DNA of 62,079 bases, filler included, from Circinaria calcarea (Eukaryota), in NCBI GenBank assembly GCA_051942165.1. It is 25 parts of 25 records of this genome, joined end to end, with 100 filler letters (N's around TTAATTAATTAA, not from the genome) between each part and the next. Parts side by side here need not be neighbours in the genome. Positions count along the whole stretch, not along the records: positions 1 to 2,397 come from JAVECS010003572.1; positions 2,498 to 4,892 come from JAVECS010003573.1; positions 4,993 to 7,387 come from JAVECS010003574.1; positions 7,488 to 9,881 come from JAVECS010003575.1; positions 9,982 to 12,374 come from JAVECS010003576.1; 20 more parts are not named here. The stretch is one strand, 5' to 3'. Of this stretch, positions 1 through 11,455 are shown in pieces. Both the position numbers and the translations under genes were made by a program. Within the stretch, counting starts at the first letter, position 1. Every line of letters begins with the position of its first letter. The notes beneath the pieces are model-generated. The model ran no database searches. It was given only the letters and a program-made list of their open reading frames with translations, and was not told the DNA's origin.

Positions 1-422
1 CTTCAGCTGAGGACCTCCATCGTGCGCTGGAGGGGAGGGAGAGATAGCGAGCGGGAGCTTCTGAGGTAGTCTCCCGAAGTCTTTACATGCTTCCTTGTAT
101 TCCTTTCCATTGAAGCTGGTAAGCTAAGACGGACGTTAGCCTTTCGAATAGTAACAACAAGGAGGGAAGACTTTACGGTGCAGACAAGGAGCCGATTTTC
201 CTCCAATGAGGAACTCTCGAGCACCACGGCGGGATGATCGATTCCTCCACCGATCCCAGATTCCTGGATATATCGTTTGCTGTCGGAGTCCCCGTTCCCC
301 CTGATCCACACAATATCTCCTGGCACGAAGACAGGTGGTGGGCTTTGGGTGGGTCGGGGGTTGCGCCAGCTGCCGGAAGGAATCGAAGTCACACGAGGTG
401 AATTGTAACTGATATACGGCAT
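1..422 (-). CDS. Hypothetical protein with MazF/PemK-like motif pattern; 3' end truncated (exons 422-177 and 123-1)
   Basis: ATG at 422. A 53-nt intron at 176-124 (GTAAAG...GCTAAC...TTAG) joins in phase to give ...PGDIVWIRG...IDHPAVVLE...LLVCT|LTSFNGKEYKEACKDFGRLPQKLPLAISPSPPAHDGGPQLK, open to the window edge. Confidence 0.6.
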
Positions 423-899
423 AATCTAAAGGGAAGTAGGGGTTAAAGAAGTATAATGAAAGGAGGTAAAATGGGGATAGGCGATAGTGCTTAAAGGGGG
501 TATATACGATAGCGACGGAAACGGTATATACGACGTGGTGATAGAACTCATAAGAGTATGAATGTAGAAAGGAGGATCCAGAGGAGGATGAAGCAAGAAC
601 TTTATACAGAGTTCTTGCCATCCGAGTGTTAATTCCGACTACCTGTTGTACTATGCACAGATGGCAATAGTCAGACTCTAAGAGATGCAAGTTCAAAAAG
701 GCAATAGAGGAAATGCCTAACGCATGTTTCCCATAAATACAGACTCAACAAAGCTATCACAAGCCGTTGCACAGACGGCAAAGGATCCGTTGCCGGAAAA
801 CGCAAGGCTCGAATGCCCACGAAGCAAAAAGTTTAATGTTCTTTCCCAATGAACGTGACCCTGCTCCTAGATAACAAAACCTGACTAGGAAAAGTATAC

Positions 900-2397
900 A
901 TCATGACAGACGCGACTGCCAAATCCAAGACAACAAGATCTCGACAATGTAGAGCCTCCAATCGTACAGGCAATGCATCACTTTCCGATCGTGGATTAAT
1001 CTGTAGGAGGTCGCTTTGTAAGCGTTCCTATATACGTATTGCTGTTTAAGAGACCGTAAGCTAACTTCGGAGCTTAGTCAGGGGATGAATTGTGGTTTGG
1101 TGATATGGCAAGGAAGGAACTGTTTGGTCCCGACGCGCTGTCCGAGCTTCATGATAGCAAAATTTTATTAGGAACTTGAAGTAATCCCTGTCTAACGGGC
1201 TCAACATTTTGATGTTAACTGCATATTTGTTTGAGATCTCGGATAGCGTTCTTAGTTGAGTAAAGCGCTTAAATGTAGGATAGAGACTTCGATCGGATCT
1301 GGCGATTGAGATCCGCAGGTACCAAACTTTTTCGTCTGACACCGGTGAGAACGTAAGGCCGCGTCACGTAGCTGGCACTAAACTTGATAAGCTCTGCATA
1401 AGGCATAATGTTTGTGAATAACTAGCCAACTAGATAGATCATATATACCGAATCTGAGCTTTTGATGAGGAGAGGGGCACTGCGGAGTCCTCCGAAAGCT
1501 AGCCTGAACCTATAATACGTCCACATTTCGTACGCTCGAGCTTCGTATTGGAAACAACTGCCACCCTTGAGGTAGTTGTTAGGCGATACCTAGACTCGCG
1601 AGGGAGTCGAAAATTGTGACGGTATTGTTTCGCAGGCATGTCGATATCTTTGAAACTCTATATGCTGGAAAACATATTGCCTATATCAAGAGCAGACACG
1701 CTCATAATACGGATAATGCTTTAGTTGAGAACTAAAGCTTGGCTAAATATATTGGTATGGTGAATCAGGAGACGACCTCACAGGGCTATTCAGAATGACT
1801 CAATAATCAGGTGATTAAAGTTTACTGCCCTACATGATTTTCGGAAGCACTGTGCAGAGCTTAAGAGGAGTACAGGGCATATCTTTGGTCCTCGATCAAA
1901 GGTACGCAACTTAATACCTTCAAGCAAAGTATCAACCACCAGACAGGCTATCGTCCGAAGGAATAAATCTACCTACCGAACCAGCTATCAAATAGTCACA
2001 CATACTATATGTTGTTCAATTCGATAGCTGTTAATTCCGAATACGCCACGAAGCACTGCATGCGGCCACTTAAGGTCACCACACAGAGTACCAACGCGTT
2101 TCTGGTCCTTATTATGAGCGCTTGCAATACATGGAATAACAGAACTCACCATTGATTCAGACTTTCCGTCAAAATCTCCACGAGTTTGTCTAAACCCCAA
2201 AATTTCTCGATGAATTGCATAGTTTGATCTCGATTTGCTTCAAGACTCGATTCGATAGGCCATATACTCTCCCTTGCCAAAGTAATTCGTCGTAATAAAT
2301 TACTCAAACCCAGCTCCAACAGCTTCTCACGCCTTTTCACTAATTCCTCAAACGACTTTCTAAAGTGGGATGTCCAGATTTGAGACCATATCCAGTC
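900..2397 (-). pseudogene. Possible decayed gene of unknown function
   Basis: Open frame from 2397 (DWIWSQIWTSHFRKSFEELVKRREKLLELG...ESLNQW) ends at a GTGAGT donor. It is followed by protein-like stretches interrupted by scattered TAG/TAA stops. No family recognised. Confidence 0.25.
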
Positions 2398-2497
2398 NNN
2401 NNNNNNNNNNNNNNNNNNNNNNNNNNNNNNNNNNNNNNNNNTTAATTAATTAANNNNNNNNNNNNNNNNNNNNNNNNNNNNNNNNNNNNNNNNNNNN
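2398..2497. other. Artificial contig linker N44-TTAATTAATTAA-N44 (first of 24)
   Basis: Identical 100-nt spacers start at 2398, 4893, 7388, 9882, 12375, 14867, 17358, 19848, 22337, 24826, 27315, 29803, 32290, 34776, 37261, 39746, 42230, 44714, 47197, 49680, 52163, 54645, 57125 and 59604. The core has stops in all six frames. Contig lengths decrease from 2397 to 2376. Confidence 0.99.
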
Positions 2498-2514
2498 CCG
2501 AGACTCCAGCCAAC

Positions 2515-3707
2515 ATGAGCTATGATTTCCCACCACGTACGCTTGTCCAGACCACTCTCCCCTCATGTTCTGATCAAGAGACCTAGCCACTTGGACTTTT
2601 GCGAAGAAGAGTAAGGATGGCAGGACCATGCCTCAAGCCATTGCGCATCGAGGATACAAAGCCAAGTACCCAGAAAATACCGTGGGCGCATTCAGAGGCG
2701 CCGTGGAAGCTGGTGCCCATGCTATCGAGACGGACATCCACCTGTCAAAGGATGACGAGGTGGTCATATCCCACGTGAGATATCCTACTTGAAGTCGGGG
2801 TCCCAAGGAGTCTTTCTTTACTAACCTTCCGACTTAGGATGCGACACTGAAGAGATGCTTTGGAAAGGATGAGAGAATAGTCGCCTGTGATTGGGAGTTC
2901 CTAAGCACAGTGCGAACCCTCAGAGCTCCTCACGAACCGATGCCCCGATTGCGAGACATCCTTGAATACCTAGCTACACCGGGTCTGGAGGATATTTGGC
3001 TTCTGTTAGATATCAAGGTAAGGGCTTTCTTTTAGATCTCTAGACAAGTAATTGAATTTTTGATAGCTCGATAATGACGCGGACACCGTTATGCGCCGTA
3101 TCGCCGAAACCATTGAATCCATTCCTCCAAATCCACGGAAACCATGGAACAGACGTGTCGTCCTCGGCTGCTGGGCAGTATGCTCTCCCACATGCCCAAG
3201 GATCTTCCAACATTAAGCTAACCTTCGCCCTTGTAGGCTAAATATCTCCCGCTTTGTGCTCACTATCTCCCCAATTTCTCCATATCCCACATTGGTTTCT
3301 CCACCTCCTACGCCCGCCAGTTTCTCTCCGCCCCAAACATTTCCTTCAACCTGCTCCAAAAAATCCTCTTTGTCTGGCCTTCCGGCCCCTGCTTCATCCA
3401 AGACGCACATGCTCTTAATCGTCCTGTCTACGCATGGACGGTCGACGAAAACGAGATGATGAAGTGGTGTATCAGTAAGAGTATCGATGGCGTCATCACT
3501 GATGACCCTAAGCGTTTCCTAGAGGTTTGCGATGAGTGGGACAACGGAAAGAGAGAAGTGAAGATCAGTTGGGGCACGAGGGCACAGACGCTGTGGATTT
3601 ATCTGATGGTCTGTATCTTTGGAGTGGTGTTTCGGTGGAAGTACCGGGCGAGGGTGCCGGGGAGATTAGGGAGGGAAAGGGAAGGAGCGGTGGCGTTGAA
3701 GGCTTGA
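2515..3707 (+). CDS. PGC1: Glycerophosphodiester phosphodiesterase-family protein (Pgc1-like phosphatidylglycerol phospholipase C), multi-exon
   Basis: Spliced product MSYDFPPPTWTFAKK...[21 protein letters not shown]...[24 protein letters not shown]...VYAWTVD...IDGVITDDP plus a C-terminal TM segment. These are the classic GDPD AHRG/PENT/ExD motifs; four GT-AG introns. Confidence 0.85.
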
Positions 3708-3779
3708 AAGAATGGGACGGGGTGGAAAATAGAGGATCGGGGCTCGCGGTAATGTCCTAACGACTGTCACGAAAGCATA

Positions 3780-4892
3780 ACAGGGGAATTGGAACGGAAA
3801 TGGAACGGATAGAATGGACTTTTTGCATTGGGTCCCGGTCAAAGGGAAGAGGATTGTACTTGGGGCATCGCATGGAAGGGGCTATCTATGTTGATTTTCT
3901 TTCTTCAAAAAAGAGAAAAGGATGGGACCGTTACGAAGTTAGAACAAAGGTCCCCTTGATACCGGAATGGAACGGAACGGAATAGAATGGAGATCCGTCC
4001 GAATCTTTAGAGTTCTTTTCTTTCCTTCCCCCCTTTGCCCTGGCCTTTTGAATTTTCCCCCCCCCCCAAAAAAAAGAATGATTTCATTGATTTCAGTCCT
4101 GTCCTATTCTATCCTGTGCCTAGGTAGAGAGAGCGAAAAGACAAGACAAGATAAGACAAGATAAGATAGGATGGGAATGTTCTTCCATTCCACTTCACTC
4201 GATTGCATTCCAAAATTTTCTTCTTCCCCCTTTTTCATAATACACGTACATACGTACCGAGAAAAAAAAAACTCAACGCCTATTTTGTTTTCTATCTTAC
4301 TCGCCCCTGGCTATGTCTATGTCTATGTCTGTTCCTATTCTTATTTATTTGAACAGGACAGGACATGACAGGACAGGACAGGACAGGATATGGCACTTCG
4401 TCCCCCCCTTTCTGCCCCCCACACGGAGGGGGGTTATGTCAAGTATTTCTGGTATCTGGTATTCATTCTCAGAGTCAGAAGAGGAATTTAGAAAAAGGAA
4501 AACGAATTGAAAAAGGGAAAAGGGAAAATTTCCTACTCTGTAGAGGATTGAGGATTGAGGATAGAGGAACGAACGGGCTTACCGCGCACCCGTCATGCGG
4601 GGAGGGCAGGTCCCAATTTTGGATTTGGATTTGGATTTGGATTTGGATCGGGTAGTTTGGTTTTCAGGGACTGGATTTATGTATTTTATTTTCTTTTGCT
4701 GAGTGACCGTGGCAAGGGGCGTGATGAATTGGATCTGGGGTGCGGGTCTTACTTATCCCTGGGTGTGGATAGTGGTCGTAGGATTGAAGATGGACAGTGG
4801 AGTGAAGGGTGGTAGAGAAAAGTGATTATAAAATCATACCACTCATAATACAGATGTAATAACACACATTACCCCTTCTTCCCTTTTCCCTC
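3780..4892. repeat. Microsatellite-rich intergenic DNA ((GGAAC)n, (GACAA)n, (CTATGT)n, (GGACA)n, (GGATTT)n)
   Basis: Short tandem motifs visible directly, e.g. ggatttggatttggatttggattt at 4621-4648. Confidence 0.8.
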
Positions 4893-4992
4893 NNNNNNNN
4901 NNNNNNNNNNNNNNNNNNNNNNNNNNNNNNNNNNNNTTAATTAATTAANNNNNNNNNNNNNNNNNNNNNNNNNNNNNNNNNNNNNNNNNNNN

Positions 4993-5142
4993 GATACCAT
5001 ACCCCAAACCAACGCCTCTATCAGACACCAACGGCACGCTCGGACTCGGACTCGAACCCCCAGTTTTACTTCTGGGGGTTCGAGTCCGAGTCCGAGCGTG
5101 CCGTTGGTGTCTGATAGAGGCGTTGGTTTGGGGTATGGTATC
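4993..5142. repeat. Perfect 71-bp inverted repeat (fold-back) at contig end
   Basis: 4993-5063 is the exact reverse complement of 5072-5142, with an 8-nt spacer. Confidence 0.95.
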
Positions 5143-7292
5143 AGCTTTTGGATACCTCTCACGAGGTAGTCTCCTGCAAGCATGACATGATGCTGAAGGG
5201 CCTTGATGCCGTACCGCCATCCACCAACCCTTCTTGCCTCCTCCATGTCGTCGTTTTCATCTTCTTCTTCGGAATCATAGAGCGGGTAATCCTCTGCGCT
5301 ATTAACCTGAGGCATAGCAGCAATTCTCTCTTCAATATCCAGTTCGTTGGAAGGATGTTGAGGAAAGTCTGCCGCTCGTTCCATATCATTCTGCTCCATT
5401 GCATCGCGAGCTTCTCGGAGACGACGGATACCTTCGTCCTCCTCGCCGTCTTCGTCGCCATGTACGGTGTGGTTTCCTTCCGTTTCCGTGTTTACACCCT
5501 CGTCCTCGGTCTCAGAGTCGTCATCTAACCCATCATCACTGGTCGTGTAGCTTGCAGACTGACCTGGTCTCTCGATGCCAAAGCGGCGGAGATTTGGTTT
5601 GCGAATATCGACATCCATCTGAGGCATCCAAAAAGGTAGAAGATGTATGCGAGTCGGGAATAATGTAGCGGTACCGTGGATAAACTTGCTAAATTTAGGA
5701 ACAGCCTCGACGAGGTGACTACTGATTAATTCGCGGACCCATTCAGGAGGGTCTTGACCGGCTTGCGTCTGCAGTTTGACTTCTAATACGGCATAAGGAA
5801 AGCGCTCGATATCCTCGGGCGGAAGTTGGGAGAAGGGATAATCGATACCAATATCCATCCGACGCCAATTCTTTCCAGCGCGCTGCCGACCATCCAGATT
5901 GTCTTCCCGAATCATGGTTAATTCCGTGTCCAAAGATATTCTGACCCGGGCATCACCGGGAAGTTGAAAAGCCGTCCGATTGTAGAAAGATCTCGTCACA
6001 GGAACATATCTTCTCGTAATCACCCTGTATTGGATTTCTCGAGCCAACTGCTCAAGATCTGCAATTTCTTTTTCGCTTTTTTTACCGTCCCGCCGCATCT
6101 TCTCGAAGACGTTTTCGACCGTCAACTTTCCTTCGAGGAAGGCATTGACATTTTTCTCCTTCAACGAGAAACGAGCTTTGACGGACTTTTCTCCTGTCCA
6201 ATCTTCTCGATGGGTCTTCCTCTCGACGAATATGGTCTCGGTATCCATGCCGCCGTACCACCTCAAACGGATGGCCTCGGCACCTTCGGTCTTCTTCAAT
6301 CGCCCCATATACAACTCCCACGTCTCCGGATTGTCATAATAAATCGAGGAAATGGCCGAATCCTTTGTTTCAAACTCTTTGCTGGCGTTGAAAACAAGAA
6401 CAGGAAGATGCTTCACGGGAGTTAGTAAAAGCGGTCGATCCTCATGCTAGCATCTACTTGCCTTGAGAATGATGAGCTTCAACTCAGTGACATTATCCGG
6501 GTGTACCCAGTATTTTGTAGTCTGTCTGACGAAGTTTTGCTGCCCCCCTCCCGCCGAACTATCGCCCTTGATAGGATTACCTCGCGTTCGGACAGTGTCA
6601 TACAGTTTTGACAACTTGACAACGAATGCATCGTAATTGTCCTTGAAGAAGGGTTTGGCTTTCAGTCTCGCTGCGAACACTGGCTTAAGGTGCCACGATG
6701 TTTGTTTCTGTCATTTTCTCAGCTTCGCAGTGGCTCCACCTTCGGCCTGTCAGACTCACATCGTGCTTCTTGATGATCTTCTGGAACCCGGTATAATTCA
6801 ACTGCGTAAACTTGGCAAGGTCGTGCACGTCGGCGATGATGTCGCTCAGGTCCTCTTCCAGCAGTAAAAAGTCCTCCTCGGACGGCGTCCCCTCTTTAGC
6901 ACCGTTCGGATTCCCATTCTGTGCAGGCTCGCCAACATCTCTGCCGTCCAGCCGCGCGATAACTTCATTGACCTCCCTCTCGCTCGCTTTTATCCTCCGA
7001 ACAATCTCCTCCGACTTGACTCGTTGAAAGGTGTAGACTTTGTCGAGTTCAGCTTCGAGCTGCGCAACGAAGGACTTCTCGTCATCTTCGGTCCACGGGC
7101 GCCTTTGAGGGTTGGGATTGTCCGGAGAGGGTTCGGACTCATACGGAGTCTTGAGCGCATTCTTGAGATCGTCATATGAGATGTAGTAATAGTAGTAATC
7201 CTTGATCAGCGATGTGCGCAGCTGCTGCCCGACTATGGACGGTCAGCAGGAGGTCTTGATGGCATCTAAGGATCAGGGGAGCAACACTTCAT
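5064..7292 (-). CDS. VTC4: Vacuolar transporter chaperone 4 (polyphosphate polymerase; SPX + VTC domains), C-terminal TM domain missing
   Basis: [26 protein letters not shown] (SPX), [63 protein letters not shown]; several introns. Confidence 0.95.
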
Positions 7293-7487
7293 GACGAGGG
7301 CAACCTTCTCTAATTTCAATCATGCGGATACCACTCCCACGATCTGTCAAATCTTACAATCAAACACCTGCAACCCGGAATTAACATNNNNNNNNNNNNN
7401 NNNNNNNNNNNNNNNNNNNNNNNNNNNNNNNTTAATTAATTAANNNNNNNNNNNNNNNNNNNNNNNNNNNNNNNNNNNNNNNNNNNN

Positions 7488-9881
7488 TAGACAAGATCGA
7501 GAAGGATGGGGCTCCAAAGTGTCTGTCGACATTAGGAATTCACAACGGAAGGAAGCAGTTTCCCGTGCGTCTTTTATTGTGATGGGTCTTTGTTTATGCT
7601 GAGATCTCTAGATATCAGCCTTCGCTGCGCTTGAGGACTTGTCACAACTTGCCATAGGTTTCGCCAATGGCTCAGTGACCATGGTCAGGGGGGACTTAAT
7701 ACACGATCGAGGCGCGAAACAACGCACAGTCTTCGAATCCGAGGAACCTATTACCGGAGTTGAATTTCGAGAAGGCCAGAACACGACCCTCTATGTCGCA
7801 ACCACAGGAAGGATTCTTACACTCACTATATCCGGGAAAGGCCAAGGGCAGCCGGCAAAACCTTTGGAGGATACTGGCTGTGGTATTGGATGTATGACTG
7901 TTGATGAGAAGAACGGAGATATTGTGGTAGTACGGGACGATGCAATTTACTACTATGGTGCGAATGGGCGGGGTTTATCTTTTGCATACGAGGGTCCAAA
8001 GCAGCTTGTCAGGGTTTTTCACCAATACGTCGCCTTGGTATCTCCTCCGCAAACGCCATCACCGAACAGGTCCAACTCCCTTCGAACATTCTTCGGAGTA
8101 GGCCGTACTGACGATGTATACAATACGTCAACATTTGCATTATTAGACACTGATCTCCGGTATGTTGCGCATACGGAGTCTCTCATCTCACAAGTCAAAG
8201 CAATGTTTATCGAGTGGGGCGACTTGTTCTTACTGACTTTGGACGGGAAGGTATGTAGTTGGCATTAGCATGCTTGGTGGGAGGGCTAAAATGCCTAGGT
8301 TTATCGGTATCATGAGAAGACGCTTCAACAACGGCTCGAGATTTTATATCAGCGCAACCTTTACGTGCTAGCAATCAACTTGGCCCAAAAGGCTAACCTC
8401 GATGCCGGCCAGCGAAATGTTATTCTCCGCAAGTATGGAGATTATTTGTACCAGAAAGGTGATTTCGATACAGCAATGCAACAGTATCTTAAAGCTATAG
8501 ATAATACCGAGCCGTCACAAGTCATCCGAAAAGTGAGTATCGTCCAATGCACCTTAGCACAGCACTGATCCAGCGTGACTTAGTTCCTCGATACGCAGCG
8601 CATACACAATCTCATTGAGTATCTAGAAGAGTTGCACGAGCATAACAAGGCCACTGTAGATCATACTACACTTCTGTTAAATTGTTATGCCAAACTAAAG
8701 GATACGGGGAAACTGGAAACGTTCATCACCTCCAACAACAATTTCGACTTTGATACTGCTATCACCATGTGTCGGCAAGGCGGTTACAGCGATCAGGCGG
8801 TCTATCTAGCCAAGAAACATGGCGAGCATGACTTGGTGGTTGATGTTCTCATTGAAGATTCGAAAAATTACGCAGGTGCTCTGGATTACATATGGAGACT
8901 CGAGCCGGATATGGCTTATCCTAATTTGATGAAATACGCAAGGGTTCTGCTCGAGCATTGTCCTCAAGACGCTACCCGGGTGTTTATTGACTATTACACC
9001 GGTAATTACCGACCGAAGAAAGAGTCGATCATGGCGCCAACTCCAGCAGCTCAAGGTGGTATGGTGAGCGCGCTGCCCAGTTTGAGTTCCTTCATACCAT
9101 TAGCATACAGAGCATCGCCTGCGTTCGCTTCTCCGGGTACAGCAGGTAATCAGCAAGCTACCCTCACCGATGTAGAAGCTGCCGAAGCCGAAACAAATCT
9201 GCCAGGGCCTGAGTATGATGTGCCAAAGCCCAGGACCGCATTTTCGGCTTTCGTTGACCATCCAGAAGAGTTCATTATCTTCCTAGAATCTTGTCTCAAT
9301 CAGGATCACCTTGAGGAAGGAGATAAAATTGATTTGTACACTACCTTGTTCGAAATGTACTTGGAGACCGCTAGCCGGCTGAAGGGCGTTGAAAGGGAAG
9401 AATGGGAGGCCAAAGCCAAAAGTCTTATTAATAGCCAGAACGTACGTGTGCTATCATCAAGACCATTAGCGAATGCTAAGAGAATCGTAGATTCCGATTG
9501 ACGCTTCAAACGTCCTTTTACTTTCGCACTTGTCTGATTTCCGTGACGGCACCATCCTGGTTCGGGAACAGCAAGGACTGCGCTTCGACATTTTCAGATC
9601 TTATACCTCTGCTAACGATACGGCCGGTGCTATCAAGGCGTTGAGGAAATATGGCCCAGAAGAACCACAGTTGTATCCGGCAGCGCTCGCATACTTCACC
9701 TCCAGCACTAAGATTTTACAGGAGGCTGGCGAGGAGTTCGATTTGGTTCTCCGAAAGATCGACGAAGATGGTTTGATGGCTCCGCTGCAAGTGATTCAAA
9801 CACTCAGTACCAACGCCGTTGCAACCATGGGCATGGTCAAGAAGTACCTCGGTGACACCATTGAGCGGGAGCGGAGGGAGA
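7488..9881 (+). CDS. VPS11: Vacuolar protein sorting protein 11 (HOPS/CORVET core), internal fragment
   Basis: LAIGFANGSVTMVRGDLIHDRGAKQR, YGDYLYQKGDFDTAMQQYLKAIDNTEPSQVIRK, DHTTLLLNCYAKLKD, LMAPLQVIQTLSTN; four introns. Confidence 0.93.
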
Positions 9882-10556
9882 NNNNNNNNNNNNNNNNNNN
9901 NNNNNNNNNNNNNNNNNNNNNNNNNTTAATTAATTAANNNNNNNNNNNNNNNNNNNNNNNNNNNNNNNNNNNNNNNNNNNNACGGTAGGGTGCGTGGGAG
10001 AAATGAATGGTAAAGTAGGGGTGCGTGGCAGATATTCGCCGAAATAATAATCGTAAACAAACGACAATAGTGTTATGGCGCCACGCCATACTCTGACTAA
10101 CTAAGGTCCAGAACGAAGGAACCAGAAGCCGGGTGCTCCCGGTACTCCCAGGACTTGGCAGCAGGAGTAAAGGGAACAGGATAGGTAATTTGCTCCGAGT
10201 GCTCTTGATGTTCCCACGGGGGATCAATAGGAGCCACGGGAACAAAATTATAATATAGGCAGGCTATTCCCGCTCTTTAGAATAACATGCTTGTAAACAT
10301 ACATAACTGGAATAATAATCGAACCATTACATTCCAGGTAATCGTGCATCACGGAGTGACTCTATCCCTTATATAAATCTAGCCTATTCTAATACCCTTA
10401 CAGAAGGCTTTATTATATACGTATATTACGGGAGTGAATTCACCCGTGCCGTCCCCTGGTTTCCACGTAGTGCATAACCCCCTATTCTTGATAAATACGT
10501 AATATTATTTTTCGAAATAAATATTTTATATATTTTACCTATAAACGCGTCGATTT

Positions 10557-11455
10557 CTATTCATCTCCAGGATGAAAGGCGCCCGAACCAGTATCCCAGG
10601 GGGGCATCGGACTTCCTATAGCCGAAAAAATATAACCTGCCGGACAAAATTTATACTTCTCAATCTGAGGGAACCCTTTAACTTCACGGCCAACATCACG
10701 GTAACATGCCGTATGATCTCTCGCCCAAGCCTCAAGTTTATCCCAGCTTCTACACATCCGCGTTTGCATAACACCGGATACCTCCTTCTTGGAATACCCG
10801 GAATAGCGTGGTGTGTCGTCAGCCTGGCATAGCGTATCTTGACGAAGCGACTCGATGCAGTGGAGATTATGCTCAAGGGCCCGGTCCGAATCCTTGTTGT
10901 TGATAATAGTACGCTTACCCTCTGCAGCATCGATTAGGGACTTGCGTATAAACTGCTACCTAGTTTACTTTATAACATGCTTCTCAGGTGGTATATGACA
11001 TACTAACAATGGAGATTGTGGTATCCGTTCAGCAGATAAATGCCTTTAGCCCCGTCCCACGGCCAGTGCTGGGCTTGCGGTAACATCTTGGCTTTGACCC
11101 AGTCATGAGGTAGGGCTACAATGCCAGGGTCGACTACCCAGGAGTCCCACGCTGCATCTGCAAGCGTACGATTGCGGGGCGAAAAGATTGCATCATCCCG
11201 ATATGGCGTAGGAACGTCACGTTCAAGGGAAGCGGAAAGAGATCTGTCCTTGTTTAGAGGTTGTGCCGAAGGGATTCGAAATGCCTGAAGTGCCCAGAAT
11301 AGATTGCTTAAGCTGGACATAGAAGCAACGATAGCAAGAACGTAAATCAGGGGTTTTCTGGACGAGAAAATCTGATGATTGGGAACATTGTAGTCGTCAT
11401 GCAATTTTTCAGGCTGTTGCTGTAGTTGCTGATATCCTTTGTGATTGACGGCCAT
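10557..11455 (-). CDS. DUF3328 / UstYa-like oxidase (two HxxHC motifs); apparent 1-nt phase defect at the intron
   Basis: N-terminal TM helix, then AAWD...GIVAL...WPWDGAKGIYLLNGYHNLHC. Second exon reads QFIRKSL...EHNLHCIESLRQDTLCQADDTPRY...QTRMCRSWDKLEAWARDHTACY. Confidence 0.85.

Noticed and set aside
136..696. 186-aa minus-strand ORF
   Set aside because: Non-ATG start, low-complexity Tyr/Ser text from the pyrimidine-rich leader, and it overlaps the better-supported spliced gene.
2442..2453. Regularly spaced TTAATTAATTAA palindrome as a biological repeat or CRISPR-like array
   Set aside because: Always embedded in exactly 44+44 Ns; it is a six-frame-stop assembly linker.
3536..4815. Cluster of short ORFs after PGC1
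   Set aside because: Translations of microsatellites (e.g. FGFGFG, WIWIWI); not credible genes.
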